This document shows positions 39,501 through 52,590 of a stretch of 64,000 bases of DNA, one piece after another; the first letter of the stretch is position 1, and each line of letters begins with the position of its first letter. The notes under the pieces were generated by a model that worked only from the letters and a program-made list of their open reading frames with translations, was not told where the DNA came from and searched no databases. Location: positions 1,183,382-1,247,381 of the forward strand of contig BFEA01000018.1 of assembly GCA_003427395.1 (NCBI GenBank), read 5' to 3'. Source of the DNA: Chara braunii (lineage: Eukaryota; Plantae; Charophyceae). The translations under genes were made by a program, and so were the position numbers.

Positions 39501-40120
39501 CTCAGCATGCTCATACTGGTTAGCCGATCCTCTAGACCACGCTAACTTTCCCCGATTTTAATAAGAGAGCGATTTAGTCGTGCTTGCAAAATTTATAGTT
39601 ATTAGCATTTGCACGAGATAGTCGGTATTACGCTGAGGTAGGGGGAAAGAGAAAGAAAGGAGGTGCCTGCAGTCGGCATGCCTGGGCCGTGGCACGGGAG
39701 ACATAGCCACTCTCCACACATCGATTCAGTCATGCACCGCTCTGGCCAATGAGACGAAGGGGAAGGGGCCGCATGTTTCGACATGAAGAGAAGTCAAGAG
39801 GGGGAAGATTACAGATACGCTCGCACTCGCCAATAAAGGAACAAGAGGAAGCTACAGTTGAGATGATAATTAAGGTGCGGCGGGAATAGAGTGCAGGACA
39901 GAGCGCAGCAAAGCGCGTGCACGTAAGGAGCATCGTGTAGTCATAAAAAAAATATGATGTCCTCAAAATCCTAGTCTAATTAGAGTCTTAATTCTGAGTG
40001 TCCACGCGATCTTCCGCATCCTTTCCAAAAAGTTCAAAAATTTTAAAAGATTCCCCTGTGCGATGATCGCGCCAAAGCTCCTTGCCCAAATTTCCCACAA
40101 AGAAGGAAAAACTGCGCCGG
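36580..40120 (-). mobile_element. Truncated Gypsy element (family C): partial LTR, PBS, gag
   Basis: gag homologous to 3125-4210 (DAHHWF, CYMCHQSGHIAQEC, LIPLDQ, GYPGL). LTR 38389-~40120 shares its terminal ~100 bp and the 39240-40100 block with family A. Confidence 0.88.
38375..38388 (-). promoter_or_regulatory. Primer-binding site, tRNA-iMet type
   Basis: Minus strand TGGTATCGGAGCCA. Confidence 0.85.
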
Positions 40121-40129
40121 TTGCTATCC

Positions 40130-40850
40130 CTATGGTTGCTAAGGCACGTCCTGACCAGCAACCACCGTGAGACCAAACTTCTGCAGAACCGAAAGAAAAG
40201 CAAACAAGGAACTCCGGTTTATGCCCACATCACAAAGAGCACTCCAATGGCAGATGATATACCGTTGTTTGGTAGCCCCAGATTGGGTGATCTCAAGGTC
40301 CCGTCTGGAACAAAAAGGCATATTGTCGCCCCTGTGTTCCTATTGTGGCGCATCATTCCAAAAACAAACAGCAGACTTCGAACATTGCCTATTGGATTAC
40401 CCAATGGCAAACCAGATTTGGCGTTGGTGGGCGGCAACATGGAAATACCTCACAGATATTGACCTACCCTAGGAACCGACTGTACTTCTGTTAGACCAAT
40501 CCGCAACCTCCACGGCTGCATGGTCACTCTTCCAATCCAACCTCTTTAAATTCACAAGGTTGGAAGTGTTAATGGTAGTATGGCAGGCTCGTTGTTCCCA
40601 CAAAAAAAAGAACACTCCTTTGGCTACATCCAAGCCATACGACATGTGATTGAAACAATAAGGATCAACATTCAAAAGGTCTGGAGTAGCCTCAAAGAAA
40701 AACTCACATCTACTACTGATCAAACCAAAATTTTTGAATTCATCAACACCTTCGAACAGGAGTGGCTTGATCCAGCCCAAAAGATCTCGTCGTTAGATGG
40801 GGACCGGAGCGTCATATGGAAACCTTGGTGGATGGAGGAACGCAGATGAA
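40130..40850 (+). mobile_element. 5'-truncated L1-type LINE (zf-RVT and ORF2 end); 3' UTR probably continues to ~41400
   Basis: LQWQMIYRCL...LCSYC...DFEHCLLDYP...IWRWW. Same family as 30900-31600. Confidence 0.85.
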
Positions 40851-41476
40851 ATTGGAAAACGCTACCTGCATTCCACCGTCAATCACCCAGACAGCCAGTT
40901 CTGGTAGCCCCCTCACCTCAATGTGTCCAACCGGATCAGATGGGGAACCCAGGCCACACAACACAACACCCAAACCCACCGCTTCCGGACACCCCTCCCC
41001 CGTTTACCCCCTTGCCCCCGCCGACACCCCCACCGCTACCGGAGGGATCTCCGCCACAAGCTCCTTGTCCCCCTTCACAACCATCACCATCAGCAACATT
41101 CACAACACAGACTGAGTCTGCTAGGACCAGACAAGTTTAAAAAGGGGGGCTGCAATAAGCGGAATTGGTAGAGCCGGTCAGACCTAAGGGGAGGGGAGAG
41201 TCAAGAATGACAGTCTGGAATTCTTGATAGGGGGTAGAGCCATAGTAATGAAGGAGTTCCAACAAGGGTCCATGCAGCCCGAACGGGATTTGGAGCTCGA
41301 GAACATGTACAATAAGAAACAGGCCCCACCTATCTAACCCTGTCATGTAGGCTACCCGCTCAGATCACTAAGTTGCCGTGGGGACTATGGGTAAAATTTC
41401 CTATTCTGAAAGCGGTCATCAAGGCTGGCAGTAGCTACAATCGGATGTTTGGGCAAATAAGCAACTTTGATGTTCA

Positions 41477-42620
41477 GGGACGCTGGACCTGATTTCCAGC
41501 AGGTGCTGCTCCCCATCAATAGATGGAGCCTCCCCAACAGTGATAGTGGTGTCTGCTCTTATCAGCACCCCTGGCACTACCTCGGGTTGTGCATCCCAAA
41601 AAAAAAAAAAAAAAAGGAAATGTGGGCATTCATGAAATTGACCCTTAGGCCCATCTGACCCCTCCCCCCCCGTCCAAGGTTCAATCGTGCTGAAAGTTGC
41701 GCCTATCAGAAGATAGATCGTCACAGAAGGAGCGTGCTCCTCGCAAACACCCCAGTTGTATGCATATTTATGATAAGCCTGCTTGAACATCCTGATTTGA
41801 ACTGAGTCAGAAGGATTCTGGGAACCCTCCCGGCCCAGCAATCGGGAGCAGGAACTGAGGCAGCTGATGCCGCCCTCCAAGATACTCACCGCAACAAATG
41901 GAAGGCCATATCGATCACAAGGTACGGAACGACTGCGTAATTCAGAAAGCCAGCAGCCGTCCAGGAAAGCAAGCACATCAAGTTCAACACAATCCTGAAC
42001 ACTGCAACTAGAACCAACGCGGTTGACAAGAAGCCAGTGATGAAGATTCCAGATAAGGCGTCCTCTCTCCTTCTCCACTCCCTGACTAACGCTATACTTG
42101 GCAATAAAGCCAATACTGCCAAGTGGCCCGAAAAAATAGGAGGCAACAGGGGCTCGTGCAAACTGGGAGGACGTTGCAAAACTTCGCCGAAGCATGTGCT
42201 CCATCCACCATAACCTGCAGATTCAAGACTGTCATTTCACTGCATATCAACTCCATTTCATTCATTTTATGCATTTCATCTCATTTAGCCATGACGACAT
42301 GAAGATTTGGAAATTTGGGCTGGACTGGAAGTGCTAGACCTTCGCAGGCCACTTGTTCAGATGGAAGATCCCACTCAGGCCAAGGCTTATGATTTAAGCA
42401 GTTATTTAATTACGTATTGTTCTTATATCATTATTTTCTTAGCAATAACTTGTTGTCTTTTGTGAGATTCGTTGTCATCACATGTGATTATCTGAGAATG
42501 CATAAGGAACATCATTAGAAGGCATTTTTCAGGCCTTTTCTTTTTTTATTTTTATTTTTTAAGAATGCTCTAATTTTTTCATGGGGAGCAGCACGTGCTG
42601 GGAATCGGGCCCGGCGTCCC
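41477..42620. mobile_element. Non-autonomous DNA transposon with ~40-bp TIRs (PIF/Harbinger-like)
   Basis: Left GGGACGCTGGACCTGATTTCCAGCAGGTGCTGCTCCCCAT versus right (reverse complement) GGGACGCCGGGCCCGATTCCCAGCACGTGCTGCTCCCCAT. Flanks TCA / TTA. The same terminus recurs at 17883, 29739, 47591, 48682, 57700-58025 and 60127. Confidence 0.65.
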
Positions 42621-44260
42621 TTATAATTGGAATACATTGATGATTGATGAAAATTTGGGATGATTCAGGAACACTTCAGGATGATTGAGATAATAAGTTA
42701 GAGATTGANNNNNNNNNNNNNNNNNNNNNNNNNNNNNNNNNNNNNNNNNNNNNNNNNNNNNNNNNNNNNNNNNNNNNNNNNNNNNNNNNNNNNNNNNNNN
42801 NNNNNNNNNNNNNNNNNNNNNNNNNNNNNNNNNNNNNNNNNNNNNNNNNNNNNNNNNNNNNNNNNNNNNNNNNNNNNNNNNNNNNNNNNNNNNNNNNNNN
42901 NNNNNNNNNNNNNNNNNNNNNNNNNNNNNNNNNNNNNNNNNNNNNNNNNNNNNNNNNNNNNNNNNNNNNNNNNNNNNNAATTGGAATACATTGATGATTG
43001 ATGAAAATTTGGGATGATTCAGGAACACTTCAGGATGATTGAGATAATAAGTTAGAGATTGAAGCTGATTACTCAAAGTGCTTATTTACTCAGATTTCAC
43101 ATACTACCATAACCCTAATCTCAGATATCCATACCAACCAGCCAGTCTCTACCGAGCCAATATTGTATACCAACCAAGCCTCTACCCGGTCTCACACCCC
43201 AATCTAGCTAGGTTACAGGGCAGCGCCACCCACCCCAGCGCTGACCCTCGTCGGCCAGATTGTAGCCTTTAGTCAAGTATTGTAATTGCCTTCCACCCTC
43301 AGCAATCCCCAGATCTCTATCCAAGGCCTCAACGGCCCTCAAGCTCCTATGAAGGTTACAGGGCGATGCCCCAGCACCGGCCAGCGTCATTCTGAATGCT
43401 ACTTAACCTGGGCAAGAACACAATAAAAACTCAATTAGGAAATCAGCTAGACTAGAATGTAACCTACGAATTCGGATATGATAATAGTGGGATCTTGAGC
43501 AAACAACCAATCTGATGATGATGTTGATGATGTTGATGATGATGATACTTGATGTTGATTGACCCTCCCATGTCCATCCCTCCTCTTTTTCACTCTTACC
43601 ACCCCTCCTCTCCCTTGCTGCCTCCGCTAATCAGAACCACAATTGTATGATAACCTTCGCACTTTGCGCTCCATTCTAGTTTGTCGTCCAACACACTTCA
43701 GTCACCATGGGTTTAACTCCACGTTCCCCACCGTTGGCGTGCGCCAACTAAGTTGAGCAATACAGCCTCCTGCTGGGGTGTTGGCTATGGAGTACTTCAT
43801 GTGGAAGTCACCAGAAGAATGATCGAGCAACAACTTTTGCCACCACTCTCCTTTCTTCTTGTGACTCAAACCAGATGCCACGTCAGCCCGTGATGTGGCA
43901 TGGCCTAGCACCTCTGGTTTCTGCGAGTGCGTAAAGCACCATCTCCTACCCCCTCACCACATTACCAGCATGCTCGCCCACTCATGTTTACCCACCAGCA
44001 GCCAGTGCCTCGCCACATGTGAAGAACCAGCACCTCATCCTTCTCAAAAGGCCAGCGCATCGCCACCTGTCGACAACCATCGCCTCGCCACTCGTGAGCA
44101 ACCAGCGCCACACCTCCCAACTGCAACCAGCGCCTCGCTGTCATCGAGCAGCCAGCGCCTCGCACGCTCGTCGGGCAGAAGTCTCATGATCCCTGATCGG
44201 TTGCCAGCGCCTCGCCCCATGAAAGCTGCCAGTGCCTCGCCACGTGTGAAAAACCAGCGT

Positions 44261-47014
44261 TGTGACGCCCAACCTCACGCCCTGCGCGACTTCCTGATCG
44301 GAGTGGGATGGGGGCTCGGAAGTGCGAAAAGGGGGTGTGACAAGGATTTTAGGATAGTGGGGGGGGGGNGGGGGGGTGCAGTTCCAGGTCAGAACTGAAA
44401 TCTCCTATGGCAAGCCTTAGGGACAGTTATGCAAGATAGCAAGCGCGAACCACGTCCGACTTTTATGCCTTGGGGGATATCATCGCCATCCCCGCGAGCT
44501 TTGTTGCCGAGGGCGATCTCAAATTTGGTGCACCGGCGGAACGTTGTGTGTCTCGCGTTGCCTGACCAATTGCCAGCGTCGCTCGTGATAAGCCTCCGAG
44601 TAGGACGAAGCGGGCCTCGGACGCAGGTTGTGTGCTCGCTGTTCGGCCTCAGTCCGGGTTCGTCGAACGAACCCCGTGGCTCGGTAGTCGTTGTCATGTT
44701 GGCGCTCGGAGCACGGGGTTCGAGGCCAGTAGAGGGCGAGCGCGTGCCACGGGGACGCCGTCAGGCAGTGAAAAGGCAACACGAGGCGGTAGGGAGCGAA
44801 GTCTCTGTCAATGATGACGACACCGGGTTCGGCGATGACGTGGCTTACGTGTGAGCTGGGGAACTGGGAGGGAAACGGGATCGCGCTTATGGTTCGTTCA
44901 ATGTCCCACTCACAGACACGTTCGTTTCCCGTCCGAAAGGGGAATTTTGGAGGGTTGCGACGGGGTAGTGCGAGAAGACATGCGTTTTTCTACTCCCAGT
45001 ATTCTCGGAACCGTCGGTGTCTCAAACTTTCCCGATCGATGATGTGGAAGGGAGTCCCATCATCCATGCTATCGGACTTTTGCGGGTTTAGACAGGGACT
45101 CGAGCGCGGGTTTTGTAGACGCGCGTGTTGGCGATGTCCATTTTGATCGAGCCTGCACGTATGCGCACGAGACCACGTTTGCGATTATTTGGATCAGATC
45201 GACTAACTATCCCTTTGGTCGGAAGATCGTCTGATCCGTCGTCGCGCTAGCCCGTGCGCGTGTCAAGAAACAGACATTAGAAAGGCAGTTAGCGGGCAAC
45301 CACTCATTTGAATCAGCCATCCACTTATCCACCAGAGCATACATCAGCCGGGACCACCGAGTGTTCGTTAGATTTTCCTGTCTGTCCAAAAAGGGACGAG
45401 AAACTAACATGCATACTCATGCATCAATCAAACTCGAGGGCCGTGCGAATCTCCAAAAAAACATAAACGGGAGATCGACAAAGGCTTACGCATCAAGCCA
45501 TGTCACCGAGGAGGCCTACATCATCATAACCCAAGCTCACCGGGGTCGTGCGCAGACAATCGTCGTGCCGATCTCACCATACTGCACTGAAACATGAGTG
45601 AGGTGGGGGGGGGAATCAAATTGATCTCTAAGAAAAACACGAACCAGGGGTAATCATGAGTAAAAGAGGACCGACGCCACTTATCGAAACTACATAAACG
45701 AGAAAAAGAAGGACATCATCCGACACACAAGATCCGAAGGTTGGCAATTATTCCGTAATATGCATGGGGAGCGCATCCCACCCGAGCGTAGAATAGGGAC
45801 TAGAAAGTGACGAAATTTGAGCTAAACTGGTCATCCACGAATTGCGCAAGGAGGGGTGAGGGAAGCGCGCGAGTTAATTCCACACACACCATAAGCAGAA
45901 AATCCAGAATGATTCGCAAAAAGATCCGAAACGACCGTAACAAGATCGGCCAAGGTTGAAATCAAAATTTATACAGAGGGTTAGAGAAAGGCATCATCCC
46001 ACACACACATCTCTCTCTCTCTCCTTTCTCCACGCTACATCACCTCCGATGCGGGCAGGCCGTCGCCTCGCACCAACACCGAGTCGTCACCCTGCTTAGT
46101 CCGAGTATGCAAGCCAAGTTCGCCCATGCGTCACAGTCCATAGTGGCCTGTACGTCAACCCCGCCTACCCGACACCAGCTCGTCGGGTCGCCCGACTCAC
46201 TTCTGCTAATCTTCTTACTTACTTGTTAGTCGATCCTCACTGACCGCGCTAACTTCCAAATTCAGAGAAAGCAAACTAATTGCGCTTGCGAAATTTATAG
46301 CGTGCCTGCTTGTGCGATGAACCCGGGATTATGCCTAAGTGAGGGGAAGGGGAAGAGAAGGAAGTGCGTACGCCTGCATGGCCAAGCCGCGGCGTGGGGG
46401 ACGCAGCCACACTCCACGCATAGATCCGGTCATGCAGTCGCTCGGGCCAATTAGAGTGCAGGACGAGGTATGCACGACAGAGGGGAAGAAGGCGGGGAAA
46501 CACGAGAGAATCAAGGACTACAGTTACAATCGCGCCCGCCAAAAATTACAGTTACATGCAGGATTAAGGGCGCGATACAGTCAGAGCCCAGTTCCCACTG
46601 CGGTGAGAGGTGCAACAAGATTTTAGAGCACCTAAATTCCTAGTCTAAATCCTATTTGCAAAAATAAATTCTGAAAGCGTAAAAAAAGCAATTTCAAGAG
46701 CCCGTCATCCGTTGTAAATTTGAAAACGACATTCCCGCGCGCTAATCACGCTAAAATTCCCATTTCCCACAGCAGAACAAAGAAAGAAGCTATGGCAACC
46801 GTTATTTATCGCGCTCACTAAGGCCCGGTCACTCAATCATCGTGGCGGGACTTTCCCGGCCCTGGTCCCGACAGCAAAAAAGAAAGAAGCGAGGGTATCC
46901 ATGCAACTTGTCCGGCCAACCCCTATCTATCCATTCCACCTGACCAACCAGTTCCCAACCCCCGAAGCCACTTCGCGCAGAAAGTCGTGCGATTACAGAA
47001 AATAGTTCGTCACA
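44261..47014 (-). mobile_element. Solo LTR, family A (2754 bp), 4-bp TSD GCGT/GCGC
   Basis: TGTGACG...CGTCACA termini. It interrupts a CCAGCGCCTCG-unit repeat that continues on both sides (43960-44260 and 47015-47140). Confidence 0.92.
44400..45067 (-). pseudogene. LTR-encoded ORF, copy A3
   Basis: MDDGTPFHIIDRESLRHRRFREYWE*...PKFPFRTGNERVCEWDIERTI...EPGVVIIDRDFAPYRLVLPFHCLTASPWHALALYWPRTPCS...YRATGFVRRTRTEAEQRAHNLR...ERRWQLVRQRE. Confidence 0.78.
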
Positions 47015-48717
47015 GCGCCTCGTCCCTCTCAAGAGGCCAACGATTCACCACCTGTCGGCAGCCAGTGCCTCGTCACTCGTGAGCAACCAGCGCCACGCCC
47101 CCCACCCGCGACCAGCGCCTCGCTGCCATCGCGCAGCTCGGTCCAGGCATTTTTCAGGCCTACCATTTGTTAGCAAAATTGGCGCCAAAATGCAGGGGTA
47201 CCAGGATCTGAGATGCAGTACCAGGTTAAGGAAGGCAAGTTCAGCCTACCGTCGTCGGTTAGCAGAATGAGCACCAAAAAGCGGGGTTACCAGGATCTGA
47301 GCTGCAGTGCCAGGATAGGGAATACTTACTGAGGCGCTGCCACCGGGTCAGAGCAGTGACCTATATCTGTAGGACCCTGCGCTGGCAGGAACATCTTTGC
47401 TATTTTGGGCTTCCCAGAAGAGTTGAATAGTGCGCTAAGCTGCGCGTTTTCTCCACTTGACGGCAGGGGCAAGTGAGTACTCTGGTACCGGGCAAGACAC
47501 AGTGATTGCCAAACTTTTTTTTGTTTTTGGAAACTGTGCTCCAATCTATTCGTGGAGAGCAACACGTGCTGGGAACCGGGCCCAGCATCCCATTTGAGAA
47601 CATATTAAAAAACACATGCAAAAGCAGATTGAGGTACGGGGGCCATTACCCGGCTTCGGCTGAGACTCTACAATTTAGAAAAGCTATGAGAACTGTGCCC
47701 GCCTTTTTTTAAACCCCGCCGAAAATTGACACGCACTTTAGCATACCGAACTCAAGCAGAACACACAAGCACCCCAGAATTGCTCCTTCCCCTTGGTCAC
47801 TCCAGCTCCCTCGGGAAGAGGTAATTAGGGTGGGGAAGGAGGGAGGGGGAACCCAGTTCTGCGGGGGCATGTGCATGATGTGGTAAGTCACTCAGTGTGG
47901 ATCTTTTCCTATTCCAGGTGCCATTCGACGCCATTTTTTCGCGGCTCCCACCCGCCCCATTTTCCCGCGCTGCTGGGCCTTCGCAGGGCACTTGTTCAGA
48001 TGGAAGATCCCACTCAGGCCAAGGCTAAGCAATTGATTAATTATTTATTGTTCAAATGTCATTATTTTCTGAGCAAAGACTTGTTGTCTTTTGGGAGATT
48101 CGCTGTCATCACATGTGACTAGCTGAGGATGCATAAGGAACATCAACAAACCGCTGTCATCACATGTGACTAGCTGAGGATGCATAAGGAACATCAACAA
48201 ACCACAAATCACCTAACGGCCGTGACAGCATAAGGAACACCAACAAACCACAAATCACCTAACGGCTGTGACAGAGGCATGGGTGTCATAACTACAGGGG
48301 TTGGCTGTGGTGTCAGACGGGAAAAGAAGAAGGGAAAAAAGGGCCAACCGGTCCTTTTCTACCAAAATGTTTCAAACTCGCGCCGGGCACGTGTTTTTTT
48401 TGCCTCTGTGAACTTAAAAGTTAAAACCTCCGGCGTCTGTACTTGTTTCTTTTTGTTGGAGAAACTGTGGCTGTGACACACTTTTAGTTTGAAATAGGCA
48501 ACAAAAGAGAAAGTGGTGCCGGTAAGAGAAAAAAAAAAAAAAAAAAAAAAAAAAAAGACTGCCTGAGGGCCCAAAAAGCCACACAACCCAAAAGGACAGC
48601 CACCTCTCGGCCTAAAAAGCCACCTTTTTACCTGTGCTTCAAGCTTTACTTTTGGGAGAATTGTTTAGTTGGATAGTGGTTGGGACGCTGGACCTGGTTT
48701 CCGGCACGAGCCTAGTC

Positions 48718-48755
48718 CTGTCTCTTATACACATCTAGATGTGTATAAGAGACAG
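48718..48755. other. Nextera mate-pair junction adapter (assembly artefact)
   Basis: Exact CTGTCTCTTATACACATCT+AGATGTGTATAAGAGACAG (back-to-back Tn5 mosaic ends). Confidence 0.98.
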
Positions 48756-48870
48756 ACACAAACCAGAACCACCACCTTCTCGGCCTGAAAAGCCGCACAA
48801 ACCAGAAGAAGGGCCTCATCTGACACAACCATGCCCAACACAGGTGTAAGGAAGCTAATTACTACTACTA

Positions 48871-48908
48871 CTGTCTCTTATACACATCTAGATGTGTATA
48901 AGAGACAG
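48871..48908. other. Nextera mate-pair junction adapter (assembly artefact)
   Basis: Second exact 38-bp copy, flanked by duplicated GCCCAACACAGGTGTAAGGAAGCTAATTACTACTACTA. Confidence 0.98.
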
Positions 48909-49936
48909 GCCCAACACAGGTGTAAGGAAGCTAATTACTACTACTAAACCATCACTATAATCTACTGCTCTGCTGTATTACTTAGATTATCTGCCTTTTT
49001 TTCTACTGCTCTACAGCACATTGTTCAATTATCTGCCTTTGCCTAACACAGGTGTAAGGAAGCTAATTACTACTACTAAACCATCAGTATAATCTACTGC
49101 TCTGCTTTATTACTTACATTATCTGCCTTTTTTTCTACTGCTCTACAGCAAATTGTTCACTGTTTTCTTCCAAACAAACAAAAACAAAAAGATAAGGCAG
49201 TGCAGCGCCATGCACACGACACGAAGCGGCTTTCCCGACTCGTTTCCCGCGCAGTGCAGCGAGGCCCTTTGTGTCCTTTCGTGTTTGTTTGGGGCAACGG
49301 CCCAACGTTCACGTCTTGGCCGATTGCACCCACTACATGTTTACCGCGGTCCTGCGGTGAAAATTCGGGAGCCGGACATTTCTGTTGAGTTGAATGTAAT
49401 GAAGACGTGGAAGTTGGAAGTTCACTGCATGATAGCTGGAGTTATAGTTATTTAAGGCGTAGTCACACTTGTACTTTCGTTAATGTATCTGAATGCAATT
49501 AGGGCTCATCCTGGATGAGTCTAACCGAAGTCACGTCCAGCTTCGTGGAAAAAGTCATTGTGTGTGAGTAAGCCCTTATTTTGGATCAAATGCATGCAAG
49601 AGGGATGATTGTCGTCCTAATGAGCGAGCACCTTCGTCATTCTTCGGTATGATTTGCGCCATTCCAACAGTTTGCCGCCCATGAGATGAATGAATTTTCA
49701 AAATTTTCATCAGTTCTTTGTATGATTGCCACCTGCTCAACTAATTGCCCGCATTTTTCGACATCTGAAATTCTGTTTTGTTGTGTAAAAAAAAAAAAAA
49801 AAAAACTAATTGCCCGCAGCAAACGATCCCTGCTACAAAAAATGCGGTACCTAGCCGCAACAGAGATGAAATTGAAAAAACGGGGCAGCTTGGATGCCAC
49901 ATAGGCCCACGTCACAGTTTCATTTAAAACGACTAA

Positions 49937-50058
49937 GGGCATGGCGGCACCACTCTCGAAATTTGCAAAATGAGAATGAACCTTCTTCAAGAACATGGCC
50001 AGATGCACCCGCCGCATTTTTGTCTTTTTGGCATTTGGAGAGTGACATGGCGAGGCCC
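49937..50058. mobile_element. Tourist-like MITE
   Basis: GGGC...GCCC termini, flanks TAA/TGA. Reverse-orientation homolog of 57879-57991. Confidence 0.65.
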
Positions 50059-50644
50059 TGAGGCGGTGCCCACGCGACAGAGGTGAAAATCTGAATGAAA
50101 AAAAAAAAAAAAGCAGCTTTAGCCCGCCTCAAGAACAATGGCAACGTATCTTTCCATGTTTTAGAGTCGGATTCGGCGGACGTCATAGTTGAAAAAAAAA
50201 AAAACGACTAAAGGACGAGGCACATGGGCGGGCCGAGTCATATAACGAAGGAAACCGAAATGCAAATGGCTTCCCCCAAAAAACCAAAAAAAAAAGAAAT
50301 GCAAATGGTGCGAGGAAAGTTTTTTTAAGTCGGGATCCAAATCCCGCCCCCTCGTGCGTATCTCCTTCTCGTCGGCATCCGCTTTTGGCATTTAGTTGTC
50401 AGTCCCCTTTTCCTTTCTAGCAAACTTTTCCCTTCTGCGTGGCTCCGCTTGTCCTTTTCCGGTTCCATTTGCTTGCTCGGCATCGCCGTTCTCTTGCATT
50501 TTTTGTCGTTTCCTTACCTCCGGCTCGTCTCGTCTCGTCTCGTCTGGTCGCATGTGGCGTCACGTGTCGTTTGTCTTCTAGTGGGCTGATTTCGGTTTGG
50601 GCGCGCTCGTTCCGGTCGTGGCCCGCGCTTCGCTTCGTCAACTG

Positions 50645-50793
50645 GGGCCAGGTCCCACTAGCAGCGTTGAGTTTCCTCAACGCATGAATGTGGACGTGTG
50701 TGTGGATATGTGCAGAAATCGCGTTGAGTTTCTCAACCGCACATATCCACGAACGCGTCCAGATTCAGGCGTTGAAGAAATGGGACGTGGCCC
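50645..50793. mobile_element. Hairpin MITE with GGGCC termini and CTG TSD
   Basis: CTG|GGGCCAGGTCCCA...TGGGACGTGGCCC|CTG. Homologs at 59075-59215 and about 59790-59938. Confidence 0.65.
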
Positions 50794-51958
50794 CTGGCCC
50801 CAGGCTCTGTGCACGGAGGCAGGCCGCGCGGTTCATGGGCGTGGGGGGTATCAGCCCACCCCGCCACTTTTTTTTTGGGTTTTTTCGCCCACCCCGCCAC
50901 TTTTGTGCTCCTTGGTCCAAACTGAAAAGGCACGATTCAAAAGAAAAAAAAAGAAAAAAAAAAGAAAAGGCGCGACTGGTCCACTTAAGGCAAACTCACA
51001 CCGGCCGCTACCGTCTTTTTACCCCCGAACACAACGCACCCTCATTTTGGCCGTATCTGGCCGGAAATATAGCTTGCATGCGTTCATTTTTAGGGTGCGT
51101 TATGTTCGGGGGAAGACGGTAGGTCCCACTTGCACGAATTAAGAGATAGAGACAGTAGATAGCCGAGATCAACGGTCGAAATCTCGTGATCCGTGCAAGC
51201 GGGACCTTGCCCCGGGGCTCAGCTCTGGGGACGTGATTGCGGTCAGTTCCATCCGCATCGGGCCGAAATTGCATCAGATACATTCTAAGGGTGTGCTCAC
51301 ACAATCACTATTCGTGAATGTGTGTGACCAAATTTATAGCGGAACGTGTATGCATCTGGCCGCAATTCCGCCCAGAAGTAAGTAATAAAAAAGTGCAAGT
51401 GTGGTCAGCATGCCCCTAAGAAGTGGTTAGTGTGGAGTATGCCCTCAGCCGTAGAAGGCCGGATCGACGGCAGAGATGAGGTGTTATGGCGACCGGGGGG
51501 GGGAGTCGCGGAACGGCGACTTGGGACGGTGACCCGCGCCACAGTCCAGCGGTCCTGCGTATCTGGGCGCTCGGCACGGTCACGACTGGACTCTCCCGCC
51601 CGCATTCTGCTTCCTCCCTTGCGCGTGGTCGGGGGTGGGCCTCTGTGTGGGGGTGGCGGGGGGGGGATGGGGGGTGGTGCGCGGAGCATGCAGAGAAGAC
51701 ATGCCCAGAAGATTGAGAGGAATGTAGAGACTGGGCGGGGCAGGCCTGTGGGCAGGGCTGCTCAGCGCAGGGTCGCAGCGCCGCGTATCTGGGAACCACG
51801 CAGGTATTACACAGCGCCACGCCAGTAATCAATCACAAAGTTTAACATGCAAGGCGGGGGCACTTGACGAAGGGCACTCCGATCGGAAACAGGGGGAAGG
51901 CGTAGTCGACTTCTCCGAGCGGGAGAAGCCCATGATTGCGCGTTGGCGGCGACCTTCA

Positions 51959-51966
51959 TATAAATA
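51959..51966 (+). promoter_or_regulatory. Putative TATA box of the TPR gene
   Basis: TATAAATA about 630 bp upstream of the ATG, followed by a CT-rich leader typical of plant 5' UTRs. Confidence 0.5.
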
Positions 51967-52076
51967 GACACTTGCCGTTTCGCTGTTTGTATGAGTGGCC
52001 TTGTCATTTCCGATCGAATCACTGTGGAGCCTGCGACCTGCACAGTCGACCTGGAATCCCATTCCTTCTGTCGTTT

Positions 52077-52130
<54 letters not shown>

Positions 52131-52190
52131 NNNNNNNNNNNNNNNNNNNNNNNNNNNNNNNNNNNNNNNNNNNNNNNNNNNNNNNNNNNN

Positions 52191-52231
<41 letters not shown>

Positions 52232-52590
52232 ATTTCTCCTCTCCTCTCCCATCTGTTGCGGTCCTCTCTCTCTCTCTCTCTCTACCTACCTCCTCTCCCT
52301 CCCCCCGGCTGTCGAGTCCGGACGCTTACGTCAACGACCCGTGCATCACTTGGCGGGCCATCCAAGCTCTCGCATTTGCCGGGAACGAGAGGCCGCGCGT
52401 GACGAGCGCCACTCTCCTCTCCCTCCCTCCCGCCCTCTCGCATCTCCCACCCTATCTTGGCAGTCAGGGACAGACACGCACTCACAGTCAGCCGCCAGCG
52501 AGGAAAAGCACCGCCGACTGGCCGTGATTCGCTCCGACGGGTCGTTGGACGCTTCCTACGCTCCAAAACTGGGAGGGGTGCGCGTTGGAT

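Noticed and set aside
42625-43062. 84-bp exact direct repeat flanking an N-gap
   Set aside because: Identical sequence on both gap edges is most simply an unmerged contig overlap.
48718-48908. Tn5/IS50 ends suggesting bacterial horizontal transfer
   Set aside because: The sequence is the synthetic mosaic end in the back-to-back Nextera junction arrangement.
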